From Anolis carolinensis (Eukaryota): a stretch of 64,000 nt of DNA. Location: positions 184,714,107 to 184,778,106 of the forward strand of contig NC_085844.1 of the NCBI RefSeq assembly GCF_035594765.1. The letters are read 5' to 3'. Positions 37,552 to 49,866 of this stretch are shown piece after piece. The translations under genes were made by a program, and so were the position numbers. The first letter of the stretch is position 1, and each line of letters starts with the position of its first letter. The notes beneath the pieces are model-generated. The model worked only from the letters and a program-made list of their open reading frames with translations, had not been told where the DNA came from and searched no databases.

Positions 37552-40500
37552 AATGAATGAATGAATGAATGAATGGTTTATTGTACTAGCCATAGGCCAT
37601 GACATCAGTAATATACAACCTTTATAAACACTTTCCAATATAAACATTAAAACTTATTCAAAAATTAAAACTTGCTCTTTAAAATTATGAAAGCAGCAAC
37701 ATAACAATGACAGTGTCTGATTTGTATCATCCCAGACCATCACCATTTCCATTTCTGACCTCGAGTATGGATTTTGCTACTTTAGCTCTGATCTTTTGGG
37801 CTGCAATTGCAAATGTGGCAACCTTTAGTGTTATGTTTTTGGAATAATCTGCTAGCAAGTCACAGATCACAGCAGATTGTTGCCATGCTGCCCTTTCTTC
37901 CAAGAGTGTTCCCAGGAGATTTTTCCTAGGATCCTTATACAAGGGGCAGTGTAGCAGATAGTGTGTTAGATCTTCTTTTTCCCCTGTGCCACAAATGCAA
38001 AGTCGTTGGACATGGGGGATCCCTCTGTATCTTCCCTCTAGCCAGTTTGATGGCATTGTTTGGAAGCGCAGGGCTGTAAATGCTTTCCTCAGGACTGCAG
38101 ACGTTAGGTCTTGAAGATATTGCTGACAATATTGGTCACTCTTTAGTCGGGGATACCAGGTAGAGAAACCTTGCTGTTTACTAATCTGCAGGTTGTCAGC
38201 TGCGTCCATCTCAAAGATTTTATCTCTGATCGTCTTCTTGTCCAGATGCATTAGAGTTGTTGTTGACCCATCAAAATACTGATGGAGCAAGGCTTGCCAG
38301 TATTGAACCCACCCTCCTTGCTTATGCTGCTCCATCATGCATTGCTTTGTTATACGCTCATCCTCCATTCCCAGAAGTCTCTTCCCGTATGAGATGTTAA
38401 GCTTATGCATTCTGGCCTTAAGTGAGGGAAGATCCAATTCAAGCCTTAACAAGGCACCTGGGGTCCCAGGGGGAAGGGCTAAAAGAGCTCTTGCAAACTT
38501 GTTCTGAATACATTCAACCTGTTTTGTATTACCCTGTCCCCAAATTTCTGCTCCGTATAACAGCTGAGGTAAAATCTTAGCAGCAAAAATCTTTACTGTG
38601 GGACATACCAAGGAGCCTCCCTTTGTTTTCCCAAAGGCTAGGATTGATTTCACTGACCTCCAAGCAGATAATTTGGCTGCCTCTATATGGCTCTTCCAGT
38701 TCCCATTATATGAGAAGTGTATGCCCAGGTATTTAAAGCTATGACACTGCTCTATTGAGTGGCCATCCAATTTCCATGTATGTATTTGCTTCCTTTTGGA
38801 AAATACTATCACTTTGGTTTTAGAGTGATTGATCATCAGCTTTTCTTGTTCACAGCTTCTACTTAGTGACCTCAAAAGTCTCCTGAGACCTATTTGCGTA
38901 GTTGACAGGAGGACCATGTCATCCGCGTACAACAAGACTTGGATTTTCCTACTACCTCCTAATGGAGGGAAGTGGTCAGGGGAGCTCAACTCGGCAACTA
39001 GATTATTTATGTAGAAATTAAACAGAAAAGGTGCTAGCAAGCAGCCTTGCCTAACTCCTCTTTTTGTTTCAATGTTGCTCGATAGCTTGCCTGACAGACC
39101 TAACCTCACTCTTAGGTCTGTCCCCGAATATAGCTGATGCAATAATGACAACAGTCGTCTATCCACATTAGTCTTCGCCAACTTTTCCCACAAACGCTGT
39201 CTGTCAATTAAGTCAAAAGCTGAGGTAAAATCCACAAATGCCGTGTATAGGCGTCCCTTTGGTTTCTTCAGACTATTTTGGATTAGGTGTGAAAGCACAA
39301 AACATTGGTCTATTGTGCTTCTGCCTTGCCGAAATCCGGCCTGTTCTTCTGCAATAATATTATTCTCCTCTGCCCAGCTATGTAATTTATTTAACAGAAA
39401 CCTACCATAGATTTTTGACACTACATCCAACAGGCTAATAGGTCTATAATTGCGTGGGTCCATCCTATTGCCTTTTTTATATAAAGGGACAATTATACTA
39501 GTTTTCCACCCATTTGGGATGATTCCTGTCTGGTTGATATATGTAAACGGTCTGGCCAGGATGGGAGCCCACCAGGTGATGTTACATCTAAACAATTCGG
39601 GAGGTAGCATATCCTCTCCTGGGGCTTTTCCTGTTTTTAATTTTTGAAGCAGGCCTTCGATTTCCTCTGGAGAAACTGGTGTCCAATCAGGGGGGTCAAT
39701 GGGTCTAGACACATCCTTGGCAGTCTCTGGGTCACTGAATATTTCTCTAAAATAAGTTTCCCATGTAGGTGCTGCAATTTGAGAGTCTAAATGAGGTTGC
39801 AAGGGCCTTAGCCCTGAATGCACCATATTCCAGAATTTGACCTCATCCTTTTGCCTAACTGCCAGATCCAGCTTTATCCAATTTTGCCTGTTGAATTCAA
39901 GTTTCTTCCTTTTTAGTAGGGTTTTATATTGTGAACGGGTTTCACTCAGGCTTTTATAATTTTGTTCAGTCCCATTTTTGTTGGCTGCTCTGATGGCCAG
40001 GGATAGGATCTTTTTTTGGCTCCTGCATTCTGCATCGAACTAGCTTCCCTTACTGGACTTGTTGACTTTGGTTGGTTCTGTGTGAATCAGGTATGGTTTA
40101 AGGGAGGTAATAATTTGCTGATAACCCTCTATTGGGTCAATAGTACATTTGAGTATCTTCTCTCTGCAAGTTTCCAGAATAGGTCCATTAAGTAGGTCTA
40201 TAACCTTATCGCTCAAGGGCTCCGACCACTTGAGTCGTCTGGGTCCCATGGAGACCAGGTCCAGATGATAATTATTTGACACTCTGTGCTGCTCTACGTC
40301 TGTTTTTATGACTAGTTTAATGGGGTGATGGTCACTTTCCGGACGTATGTCCACTATAAAAGTTTTGACTGCTGGCAACAACCCAGGTGAGATTATAAAA
40401 TAATCTAGAACACTTCCCCCCCTTACTGAGTGATAAGTGTATAGTCCGGATGACTCCTCTAGATGGCTGCCATTCATGATTAATAAAAAATGTTTATAGG

Positions 40501-41410
40501 CTAGTAAGAAAAGTTCCAGCCCATTCTTATTAAATTTCACATCTCTTGAGTTTCTATTAAGTGAGAATTGATTTTCTAAATAAAACCCAAAATACTGAGC
40601 TAGATCCTCATTTGATTTTCCCATCCTCGCATTAAAATCACCTCCTAAAACAATGTTTGTATTTTCCAAGCCACTGGTCCTATCTTCCAAGGCTGTATCT
40701 AAAAACCGCCACACCTCTTTGGCAGAATATGCTGAATTTACTGGAGGCACATAAACATTAATACAAAATAAAACCTGGTTATCCTTGAGTTTTATCTCTA
40801 CAGCTAATATATTATTGTTAGACTTATTAGTCACAATTTGACACTCAGCATCTAGCTCGACTGAAACAAAAACTGCTAAGCCCCCACAGCAGCGCCCCCA
40901 CTTATGTCGCCTTGCAGCAGGCACTGCAAAACTTCTAAAACCCTGCAAATTAAGATTTGAGGTTTCTTCCACCCAAGTTTCCTGTAACATTATAATAGAG
41001 AACTGTAAATATTCTACAAACTCTTTATCCACTAGTTTTCCGGCCCATCCAGATATATTCCAGGACAGCATCTTTAGCTCCTTTGCTGTTTTCGTTTTTA
41101 TATGGTTGTTCAAGCCAGAATCAATTGGGTGTGATTCAGCATGCCTAAGTTCTACTAGTTTATTGTGCTGTCTCTTAGTCAGATTTGATAACCCTCCTGT
41201 CCTCTGACGACTGACTATCTGGATAACCCTATTTTTGAGTGAATGAATAGAGTTTTCCTCTGCAGGGACCTTTGCCTTATCCTCTTTATTTCCAGGCACT
41301 GTAGGTGGAAAGAATTGAGTGATTGAGGTCTGTTTCAAACCACAATTTCTGTTTGCTGGTGTAATTCTCATGTGCGGCCCTACCTTTTCAGCCCTCCTAT
41401 CTGGCCTTCA
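37552..41410 (-). mobile_element. RTE-X-like LINE, truncated just upstream of ORF2
   Basis: 7-bp TSD TGCTATG (37545-37551 and 41411-41417); AATAAA plus (CATT)n tail; complete APE-RT-zinc knuckle ORF2. Clade assignment from motif style only. Confidence 0.85.
37727..41371 (-). pseudogene. LINE ORF2 (~1214 codons) with one in-frame TAG at 40040-40042
   Basis: ORFs 40040..41371 (SWNISGW, LQETW, GGDFNAR, LDY, SDH) and 37727..39826 (QAGFR, FVDFTSAFD, GVRQG, YADD, CICG..ED..H....C) are in one frame; the 71 codons between them are open. Confidence 0.92.
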
Positions 41411-43028
41411 TGCTATGGCAATTCCTCCAATACCACTGAAGTCGAATGTTTAGCAGGCATTTGAGTTCTTATTTGGGGAAAGCTGCTACAACAGAAGGGG
41501 AAATATCCAAGCACAGACTTAGTAGTCTGGTGTAATTTCCATGAAGGTGGCTCATAGTTCCCAAGGGGAGGGAGTGAAAAAAAAAAGGAAAGGGTAGGAA
41601 TTAAAATAATCTTGAATTACTAAACAGGTTCACATCAGTGGATCAATAAGCACCACTGTCAGGGATCACAGTCACACAGCAATTCTGCCAATAACAGAGG
41701 AGGGAGAAAAGCTGAGAGGACGACTTTTCTAAAGCAGCAGAGCATAAACCAGCAACTTGGGAAAGGGACCAAGAGCACTGCCCTGGTTTACAGGTGCCAT
41801 GGGAAGCAGCAGGTCTTGCTGTCCACTTACTTAAATGTCAACAGTAAACTTTTGATACAGAGTGTCATGGGATAGAATAAAGGGATCTAAAGTTCATAAA
41901 CCAAAACATGTTTGCTCTCTGTAAACTAATTCTAATCTATAGCAGGAAAGTGAAAGAAAATCAGTGTTAATTTAATAAATTGATCAGGTTATTGATTGCA
42001 AAACTAGTGCTACTTGTTAGCCATATTCAGCAATACTTCTTTACTAAAGCTGCAACACACACTACTGACTTCTTCGCCTGCTACACCAATTTAAAACAGG
42101 GATGAACTTCCCAAAGCACTAACAGTGGGATGGAGCCGGATCAATTCGCAGCACGAGGACCGGAAGCGAGACACTCAACACACAGAGTCAGAAAAAAGGG
42201 GGCAGCACAATGTCTTTGCCAGTTTCAAACTGAAATTAGTTACAGATGCAGTCACAGTGTCTTGTGTAAACGCTATCGATTGGGCAGCTGACAGTCTTAG
42301 GAGCCTCAATGCTAAGACAATCAATCTGGCAACAGTGTCACCTGCCACTTTGCTGAATAGTTGACAATGCAATTATCCAGTGTGGAGGCAGGGAGTTGGC
42401 GTATGTCAAACGCAGTTAACTACTTTCCAGGCACTACCTGATAATGTGTTTCACCGCCTGGTGTGAGGGATGACATGCAAAGACAAGAAATGGCTTAAAG
42501 TCATTGAGAAACCAAACCTGCACTCTGTTAAACTATGGGGCGGAAGTGGTGGTGAGAAAAACAAATGTTGCATCTTCTTAACAAGTGTATTTAAAAATAC
42601 TACTAAAATTGTGTCAATCAAAACACTGGCAGTTGAGATTGAAGGGTACCTCAAAGCCCTGAACAGATAACTTTAAAAAAATAATCAAATGACTGACTTT
42701 GAGACTGGGATCTTGACACAGAGTAGAAAGAATGCAGACATGAATGTTTTAAAATGGATGTTCCAAACTTAAAGCCTGCTCCATTTTCAGTATGGAGCAG
42801 TATCAAATGTTAACAACCCCTTACTAAAGAATCTGTCCTGTTTATTGAGCTTAAAAGTCACATTTTCACTTCATCCCCTATCTGCCATCAATTTCATACA
42901 GCTATGTTTTCTTTCCTTCTTATGATTATGTGTTGCAAACACAAACTAAAATAGAAATGGATTACTCTAAATAAAATGCTAAGCACATGAAAAAGATGAC
43001 AACTTTTACAGGTTTCATTAATCCTGTC

Positions 43029-43711
43029 AAAGTAAAGGTTTCCCTTGACATTAAGTCTAGTCATGTCCGACTCTGGGGGTTGGGGCTCATCTCCATTTCT
43101 AAGCCAAAGAGCCAGCGTTGTCCGTAGACACCTTCAAAATCATGTGGCCGGCATGACTGCATTACCTTCCCGCCGGAGCAGTACCTATTGATCTACTCAC
43201 ATTTCATGTTTTTGAACTGCTAGGTTGGCAGAATCATAGAATAATAGAGTTGGAAGAGACCTCATGGGCCATCCAGTCCAGCCCCCTGCCAAGAAGCAGG
43301 AAATTGCATTCAAAGCACCCCCGACAGATGGCCATCCAGCCTCTACTTAAAAGCCTCCAAAGGAGGAGCCTCCACCACAATCTGGGTGAGAGAGTTCCAC
43401 TGTTGAACAGCTCTCACAGTGAGGAAGTTCTTCCTGATGTTCAGGTGGAATCTCCTTTCCTGTAGTTTAAAGCTATTGTTCCGCTTAGTAGTCTACAGGG
43501 CAGCAGAAAACAAGCTTGCTCCCTCCTCCCTATGACCTCCCCTCACATATTCATACATGGCTATCATGTCTATAGAACCATAGAATAATAGATTTGGAAA
43601 AAGTTGGGCTAACAGCGGGAGCTCATCCTACTCCCTGGATTTGAACCACCAACTTTTTGTTAGCAAGTTCAGCAGCTCAACGGTTTAACCCAATGCGCCA
43701 CCGGGGGCTCC
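43029..43711 (-). mobile_element. Sauria SINE interrupted by CR1 3' fragments
   Basis: GGAGCCCCCGGTGGCGC head, gggaaacctttac tail; 9-bp TSD AATCCTGTC (43020-43028 and 43712-43720). Confidence 0.9.
43232..43598 (-). mobile_element. CR1 3' fragment (~340 bp) plus a second ~28-bp CR1 tail
   Basis: Reverse complement of 24590-24945; a second atagaaccatagaataataga..tggaa tail at 43571-43598. Confidence 0.9.
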
Positions 43712-44449
43712 AATCCTGTCTAAAAGAATGAAATTTCAGTCATTCCCTTAGCTTAGACTACACACTTTTAATGAAACAGGGATGTCTCAAGTGTGTATCC
43801 ATGCTATATTGAACATGCTTTTCCAAAAATGATAAAAGGGTGGAGAAATTTATAACATAAACCCTCTTCTTTCTATATTCAAGTAAAGCCTATATTTCTA
43901 TGAAATAAATTGAGACATAATTGTCTTGAGACTACTGTAAAAACACCTCTATTGTTGCTCATGGTGACGGGTTAACCCATTTAAAAACAAAACAGGTTCA
44001 TCTAAAAATAAGGCAATGAGTTCTACATACCTGAGGATTCACTAAGTAAATAGCAGCATTTTTACAAGACACTATTAGATCATCCACAAGAGCTAACATC
44101 TAGAGTGTAGTGTATATTATTTTAGCTGTCTTAAATGTTTTTATAGGCTGTTTGATTAATAAAATACTTGTTTGTCAAGTATACAACTTAAGAAAAATAA
44201 AATTGAACAGTTTAAGAGAAAGGTACAATACAACAGGAACAGACTACTCTGAGTAAGAATATTTATTTTGGTGAAAAGGAGAGAAAGTAAAAATGTGCTA
44301 AAGTTATATCCATGTAACGGAATGATTGCACTCTTATCTTATAGATAGCTTTACCCTCTCTTTAAATTCATTCAATGTCACTTCCTTTTATCAAGCCAAT
44401 TCAGATTTACAAAAAAATCAACGTAGTTACTTTAGGTAATGTTAGTTAC

Positions 44450-45716
44450 TTTGGGTCTGGCTTATCTTTGAAATCGCATTTCCTACTATGAACCTGCGAG
44501 ATCCCTGAGATCTGCTGGGGAGGCCCTCCTCTTGCTCCCGCCACCATCTTAAACACGGCTGGTGGGGAAGAGAGAAAGGGCCTTCTCCAACTTTCGTCAT
44601 ATGGTTTAACAATCTGTAGCCATCTGCTAAATGGAGTCCATATTTCTTTAATTTTCTTCTGTTTGTCTGACCATGTTTTTTTTGTTTCTTATAATGTCCA
44701 TAATATCCAGCTGTATTTGATCCCATATATATTCATACCATTTTTCAAGTGTCCATTCCTTTTTATCCTTCCATCCCCACGCTATTACTGCATGTGCAGC
44801 TCTAAACATTATCATCATTAAGTCTTGGTCTTAGTCCTTAATTCTTCTGTCCCCATATATCCCTATTAACAGAATTTGCATATTTATATCAAATTTGGTT
44901 TTAGTATGTAATTCAACCTGGGTTAGAATTTGTTTCCATTTTTTTTTTCATCTCTTCACATTCCCACCATAGATGAAGAGTACCATGACTCCCTACTCCC
45001 ACAATGCCAACATTTGGGATTTAATCCCTGAATCATGTGTGCCAGCTGAACTGGTGTTCTGTAACATTTCGTAATTATTTTCACTTCTAATTCCTTATAT
45101 TTGTCTATTTTTATTTTATTTAAACCAACTGGGAGGGGGGTGGGTGGGGTGGAGAAGGGAATGGAAAAGGAAAATGAAACTATGATTATGTATTATAAAA
45201 TAACGATTAATTAAAAAAAAAAAGAGAAAGAAAGGCCCTTCTCGCCGGTAGCCCCCCAGCCTTGGAACTCCTTCCCGAGTGAAATTAGATTAGCCCTCAC
45301 TCTGGCCACATTCTGGAAAGAACTCAAAACCTGGCTACTGCAATGTGCGTTTGACTGATTTGGCACAATTGATGCTGTCTTTTTACCTCCACCTATACCC
45401 AGCCATTGCACTTCATTCTGGCCCAGCTCCAGACACTGCAAGATATTGCACATATATAAATTCTACTGTCTTACTTCCAATCCTGAATATGCTCACTGCT
45501 CCTTGGCTATTGGTTGGTTGAATATTTTTTATTATATTTTATATGTTGTTTTATATGCTTATATGTTTTAAATGCATTTTGCTGTTGTATTTTATGCTGT
45601 ATTTTGGGCTCGGTCCCCATGTGAGCCGCTTGAGTCCCTCCAGGGAGATGAGGCGGGATATAAGAATAAAGTTGTTGTTGTTGTTGTTGTTATTATTATT
45701 ATTATTATTATTATTA
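44450..45716 (+). mobile_element. L2 LINE 3' fragment interrupted by an L1
   Basis: 44450-44587 and 45244-45716 are colinear with the L2 copy at 28680-29250; (GTT)n(ATT)n tail. Confidence 0.85.
44588..45224. mobile_element. L1 3' fragment with 5' inversion
   Basis: Minus-strand L1 ORF2 C-terminus (44588 to ~45120) joined to a plus-strand G-rich 3' UTR and poly(A); 19-bp TSD, 17/19 identical. Confidence 0.8.
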
Positions 45717-47024
45717 GTCTGTACCAATAATCTGAACAGACTTGTTTCCTGGTTATATGGAAATCCTGATTGCCTCTTGCATTACTCCCACTTCTCTTTG
45801 ATATGATCTTAAATGCAACCTCAACAAAAAGAAGTTGATAGAAAGGCTTAAGAGTATTAGGTTAGTAGCTATCATAAAGAAAAGCACCTTCCTTCTTGTG
45901 CTCCAGGGATGAACCCCAGAATATATAGCTAATAATTTCACAAGTGGCATGCAACTGATCTGTATAGTTCATGATTCTCAGCAAAACAACTATTATGACA
46001 TCCACATTTTTCTAGAAGCACAATACTTCTAAAGATAATCAGATAAAGTAGAGTGAGGCAAGGAAGACAATGTGTTTCTATACTAGCATGACAAGGTTAC
46101 CGTTTCCACTGACCTCCATATTACTGAATGTTAGCATGCTTTAAGTTTTACCTTTGTTTCCTCAACTATAAGGACAGGGATCTGCCTCTTCTAGCTAAGA
46201 ATTCATAGGGCATTGAGGTTCCACATACATAAAAGTATAGTTGCTCTTGTTGGTGATATCGCTATTGCAGTTTATCTTATAGAAAAACGACTGTGATATC
46301 AGCACTTGCAGCAAAAAGCTGTACAGACAAATAGGCTGCAAGCCAAAAGGGAAACAAAAGCCATCTGCTGGAAATGCCAGCAATTTGTATTTTTAATCAG
46401 TGTGATTTTTTTTCAAACAGTCTTAACATGTACAGATATCATCAATACACACAAACTACTATGCAATGACAGGAAATTAGGACCCTGAGCTGGTCCTTGA
46501 GCTAACAAATGAAAAGGAACCTACAGGATCAGACCTACAGGATCAGACTTAGTTCAGCAACCTGTTTTCTACAAAAGCCAGTTAGATGAAACTAGATAGC
46601 AAGGCAAAAAGACAATAACTCTCCTTGTTTGTTAGCTTCCAGTGTTCTGAGTATAGAAATGACCTGAACTGGGAGGCTATACAGAACTGGAACTCAAGTA
46701 ACTGGAACTCTTAAATAAAAATGAAAATTAAATCAATTTCAGCAGAAATGTAACATTAAGTTAAGTGTATCTTTATTTGTTTTTAATTACTGTATTTTAA
46801 TATTAATATCAAATCAAGAGTATAAGGTATGGTATAGTATGAATTAATTTATGGTATGGTATGGTATGGGAGTATAGTATTAGTTAGGTCTATTTCTAAA
46901 AGCAACTACATTTATCCAGCATCTACCAATCCTCTTGGGAGCCGGTTAACAGTCTATTGTATTTAAGAACTTCTCCTGCTGTTTGCAAGGGGATATTGTA
47001 AAAAGAAGTTTGTAGCTCTTCACT

Positions 47025-47150
47025 CCATGCACCTGCTGAAGTAGACTCTGTCTACAAAAGCTTATAATACAAACTTATTTCTCTCAGTTATTATCAAAGT
47101 GCTACAATGTCCCCTTACATACTGATATTCCAGACTTACATAGCTATATA
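47025..47150 (+). mobile_element. Penelope-like element terminal remnant (old)
   Basis: ctgaagtagac-tct-gtctacaaaagctta...aagtgctaca...cagacttacatagctat resembles amniote Penelope ends. Confidence 0.5.
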
Positions 47151-49100
47151 GGTCTCTGAATTCCCTGCTCTTTGTTAGTCGTGCCAGAAGAAAGGCAAAA
47201 CAGTAGTCAGTGTAGGCTTACTCCTTTAGCAGGGACATCGGTACCTTCTGGACCCACACTGCGAGTTTATGCTGTGGTTCTTATTAAAGAAAATATTTCC
47301 AAAATCAGAATTGCCCATCAAGTTCATCTTGAGTTTCTTAGAAAGCCTGGCATCTTAATGACTGTTCACTGTTTTCAAGGCGATTGAAATCCTCCGAAGT
47401 GTCAAGTGAATATACAGCTGATCAGCTGTTGCTATACTTGACAGAAGATATAATGCAAGAAAAGACAAAGAGGTAACCTGACCACCGTTCTTCAACCCTT
47501 TCATATCTGGAGAGAACAGCAATCATGGTTCTATGAGACAACGCAGCTTAGAGATTCAATGGGACTTGCCGTTCGTTCGTTCACTTGCCTGTCTCTCTCG
47601 CTTTGAAGTTGCCTGGACAGCTTCCTCAAGCTGGCGTTATCACTCCCTCTAACCACTCTTGGCAGGCAATCTAATTCCCCCTGAAAAGGTCACCGCCATT
47701 TTAACTGCCTTTCAATCACATTAGGAGTGCTGCCGCTCGTGCCCACGGAGCTGTGCCTGCAGCTCTCCTGGCTGAGGTGCAATCGATAAACTGACATACC
47801 ACCTCCCCCTTTTCCAGTGGCTCCCTCCCTTCGCAATCCCAACTCCCCCACCTTTACTAACACCTCCTCCTTTAGCTAAAGGAATGACACAAGATGCTGA
47901 TTGACCAAAACTCTTCTAAAAGCGATATAACACAGAGGAAAGAGATAACCTATCATGCCTTAATCTACTTAGCCCATTTGCTCCAACAAAAAGGAGTGGG
48001 GGTTGGGCTCTCTCCCTAGATACACACAGGCAGCAAAAACCTGGGGACCAGCCGGCTCAGGCGCCTTTGAAGCTATGTTACTACAAAGAACGAGCCTGCC
48101 TCCAGCTCCCCTCCATGCAATCATTATTGTTATCTCTGTTGCATTCACCCTTTTTTCCTCACAGTTACCACTGCCGTGTTTCCTCCATCGATCCTCATGT
48201 AAGACACTGTTTTAAGTCTGCTCGCCTTTTGACTGTGCTAAGCCGTTTAAGAGATGACAGCAGCCTCTATCAGCACAAAGCCAATATGATTCTTTTCGGA
48301 TAAAGCACTTTTTCCTCACCCACACTCCCTCCCTCCCTCCCACCCGCTCACTCTTTCAAGTTGAAGTCACGTTTGCACAAAAAATGCTAAGCTTTCAAAG
48401 GGAAAAAAGCATTTTTGAACTTCTTTTGGCAATTCTTAAAAGGGATAACCTTACAATGTAAACAGCTAGAGAAAATGAGCAATGATTTTTCAGAACTGAA
48501 GAATGGCTACAAATGCTGGAATTTTTTAAGGAAAAAAGTCTATGAGAAAAATATATATAACACCTCTGACCTCAGAGCAGCAAGCTGAATGCAACTTGGA
48601 GCATCAGACACAAAGGGAATAATCCTTCACAATGTTTAGCCAATATAGATGCCCAACATGCCGATTCCCACTCTTGGGAGTTTTCAGCAAACTTTCAAGA
48701 TATTGCAGAATAAATTTGCATCTTCCAGCATGGATATCAATTGCTGCTATAGTTTTATCTCCAACTCATGTTTCATTTCAGAGCTGCTGGGTAAGCCACA
48801 GTTCAACAGGCTAAATATTTGAATCTCTTACTTTATTTACACCATGGTATATTTGAAGCATAACACTTATATTTATTTTTTTCATTTATATCCTATTTTT
48901 CTCCTATTAAAGGACCCAAGGCAACTGAAAGATTTCACAACAGTTCTCATTAATGGTTTATGCCAGTTAAGTTTTCAAGAATCTACAATAAACACTGGGT
49001 TAAGCACATCAATCTTTTTTCATCCTGTCTTAGCTTGGATTCTGTTTGGAAGACAGCACACTTCACTTTTTATTGTGCAAGCCATATTAGGCCTTGACTC

Positions 49101-49866
49101 TCATAGAATCATAGAGTTGGAAGAGACCTCATGGGCCATCCAGTCCAACCCCCTGCCAAGAAGGAAAATCGCATTCAAAGCACCCCCAACAGATGGCCAT
49201 CCAGCCTCTGCTTAAAAGCCTCCAAAGAAGGAGCCTCCACCACACTCCGAGGCAGAGAGTTCCATTGCTGAACAGCTCTCACAGTGAGGAAGTTCTTACT
49301 AATGTTCAGGTGGAATCTCCTTTCCTGTAGTTTAAAGCTGTTGTTCCACGTTCTAGTATCCAGGGCAGCAGGAAAGCATGCTTGCTCCCTCCTCCCTATG
49401 ATTTCCCCTCACATATTCATACATGGCTATCATGTCTCCTCTCAGCCTTCTCTTCTGTAGGCTAAACATGCCCAGTTCTTTAAGCCACTCCTCATAGGGC
49501 TTGTTCTCCAGGCCCTTGATCATTTTAGTCACCCTCCTCTGGACACATTCCAACTTGTCAACATCTCCCTTAAATTGTGGTGCCCAGAATTGGACCCCAG
49601 TATTCCAGGTGTGGTCTAACCAAGGCAGAATAAAGGGGTAGCATGACTTTCCTCGATCTAGACACTAGACTCCTATTTATACGGGCCAAAATCCCATTGA
49701 CTTTTTTAGCCGCTGCATCACATTGTTGGCTCATGTTTAATTTGTTGTCCACGAGGACTCCAAGATCCTTTTCACACGTACGGCTGTCAAGCCAGGTGGC
49801 CCCCATTCTGTATCTTTGCATTTCGTGGAGTATCTTGCATTTGTCCCTGTTGAACTTAATTTTGTT
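49101..49866 (-). mobile_element. CR1 3' fragment
   Basis: ORFs 49570..49869 and 49353..49553 match the CR1 ORF2 C-terminus; ATTCTATG tail. Confidence 0.92.
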
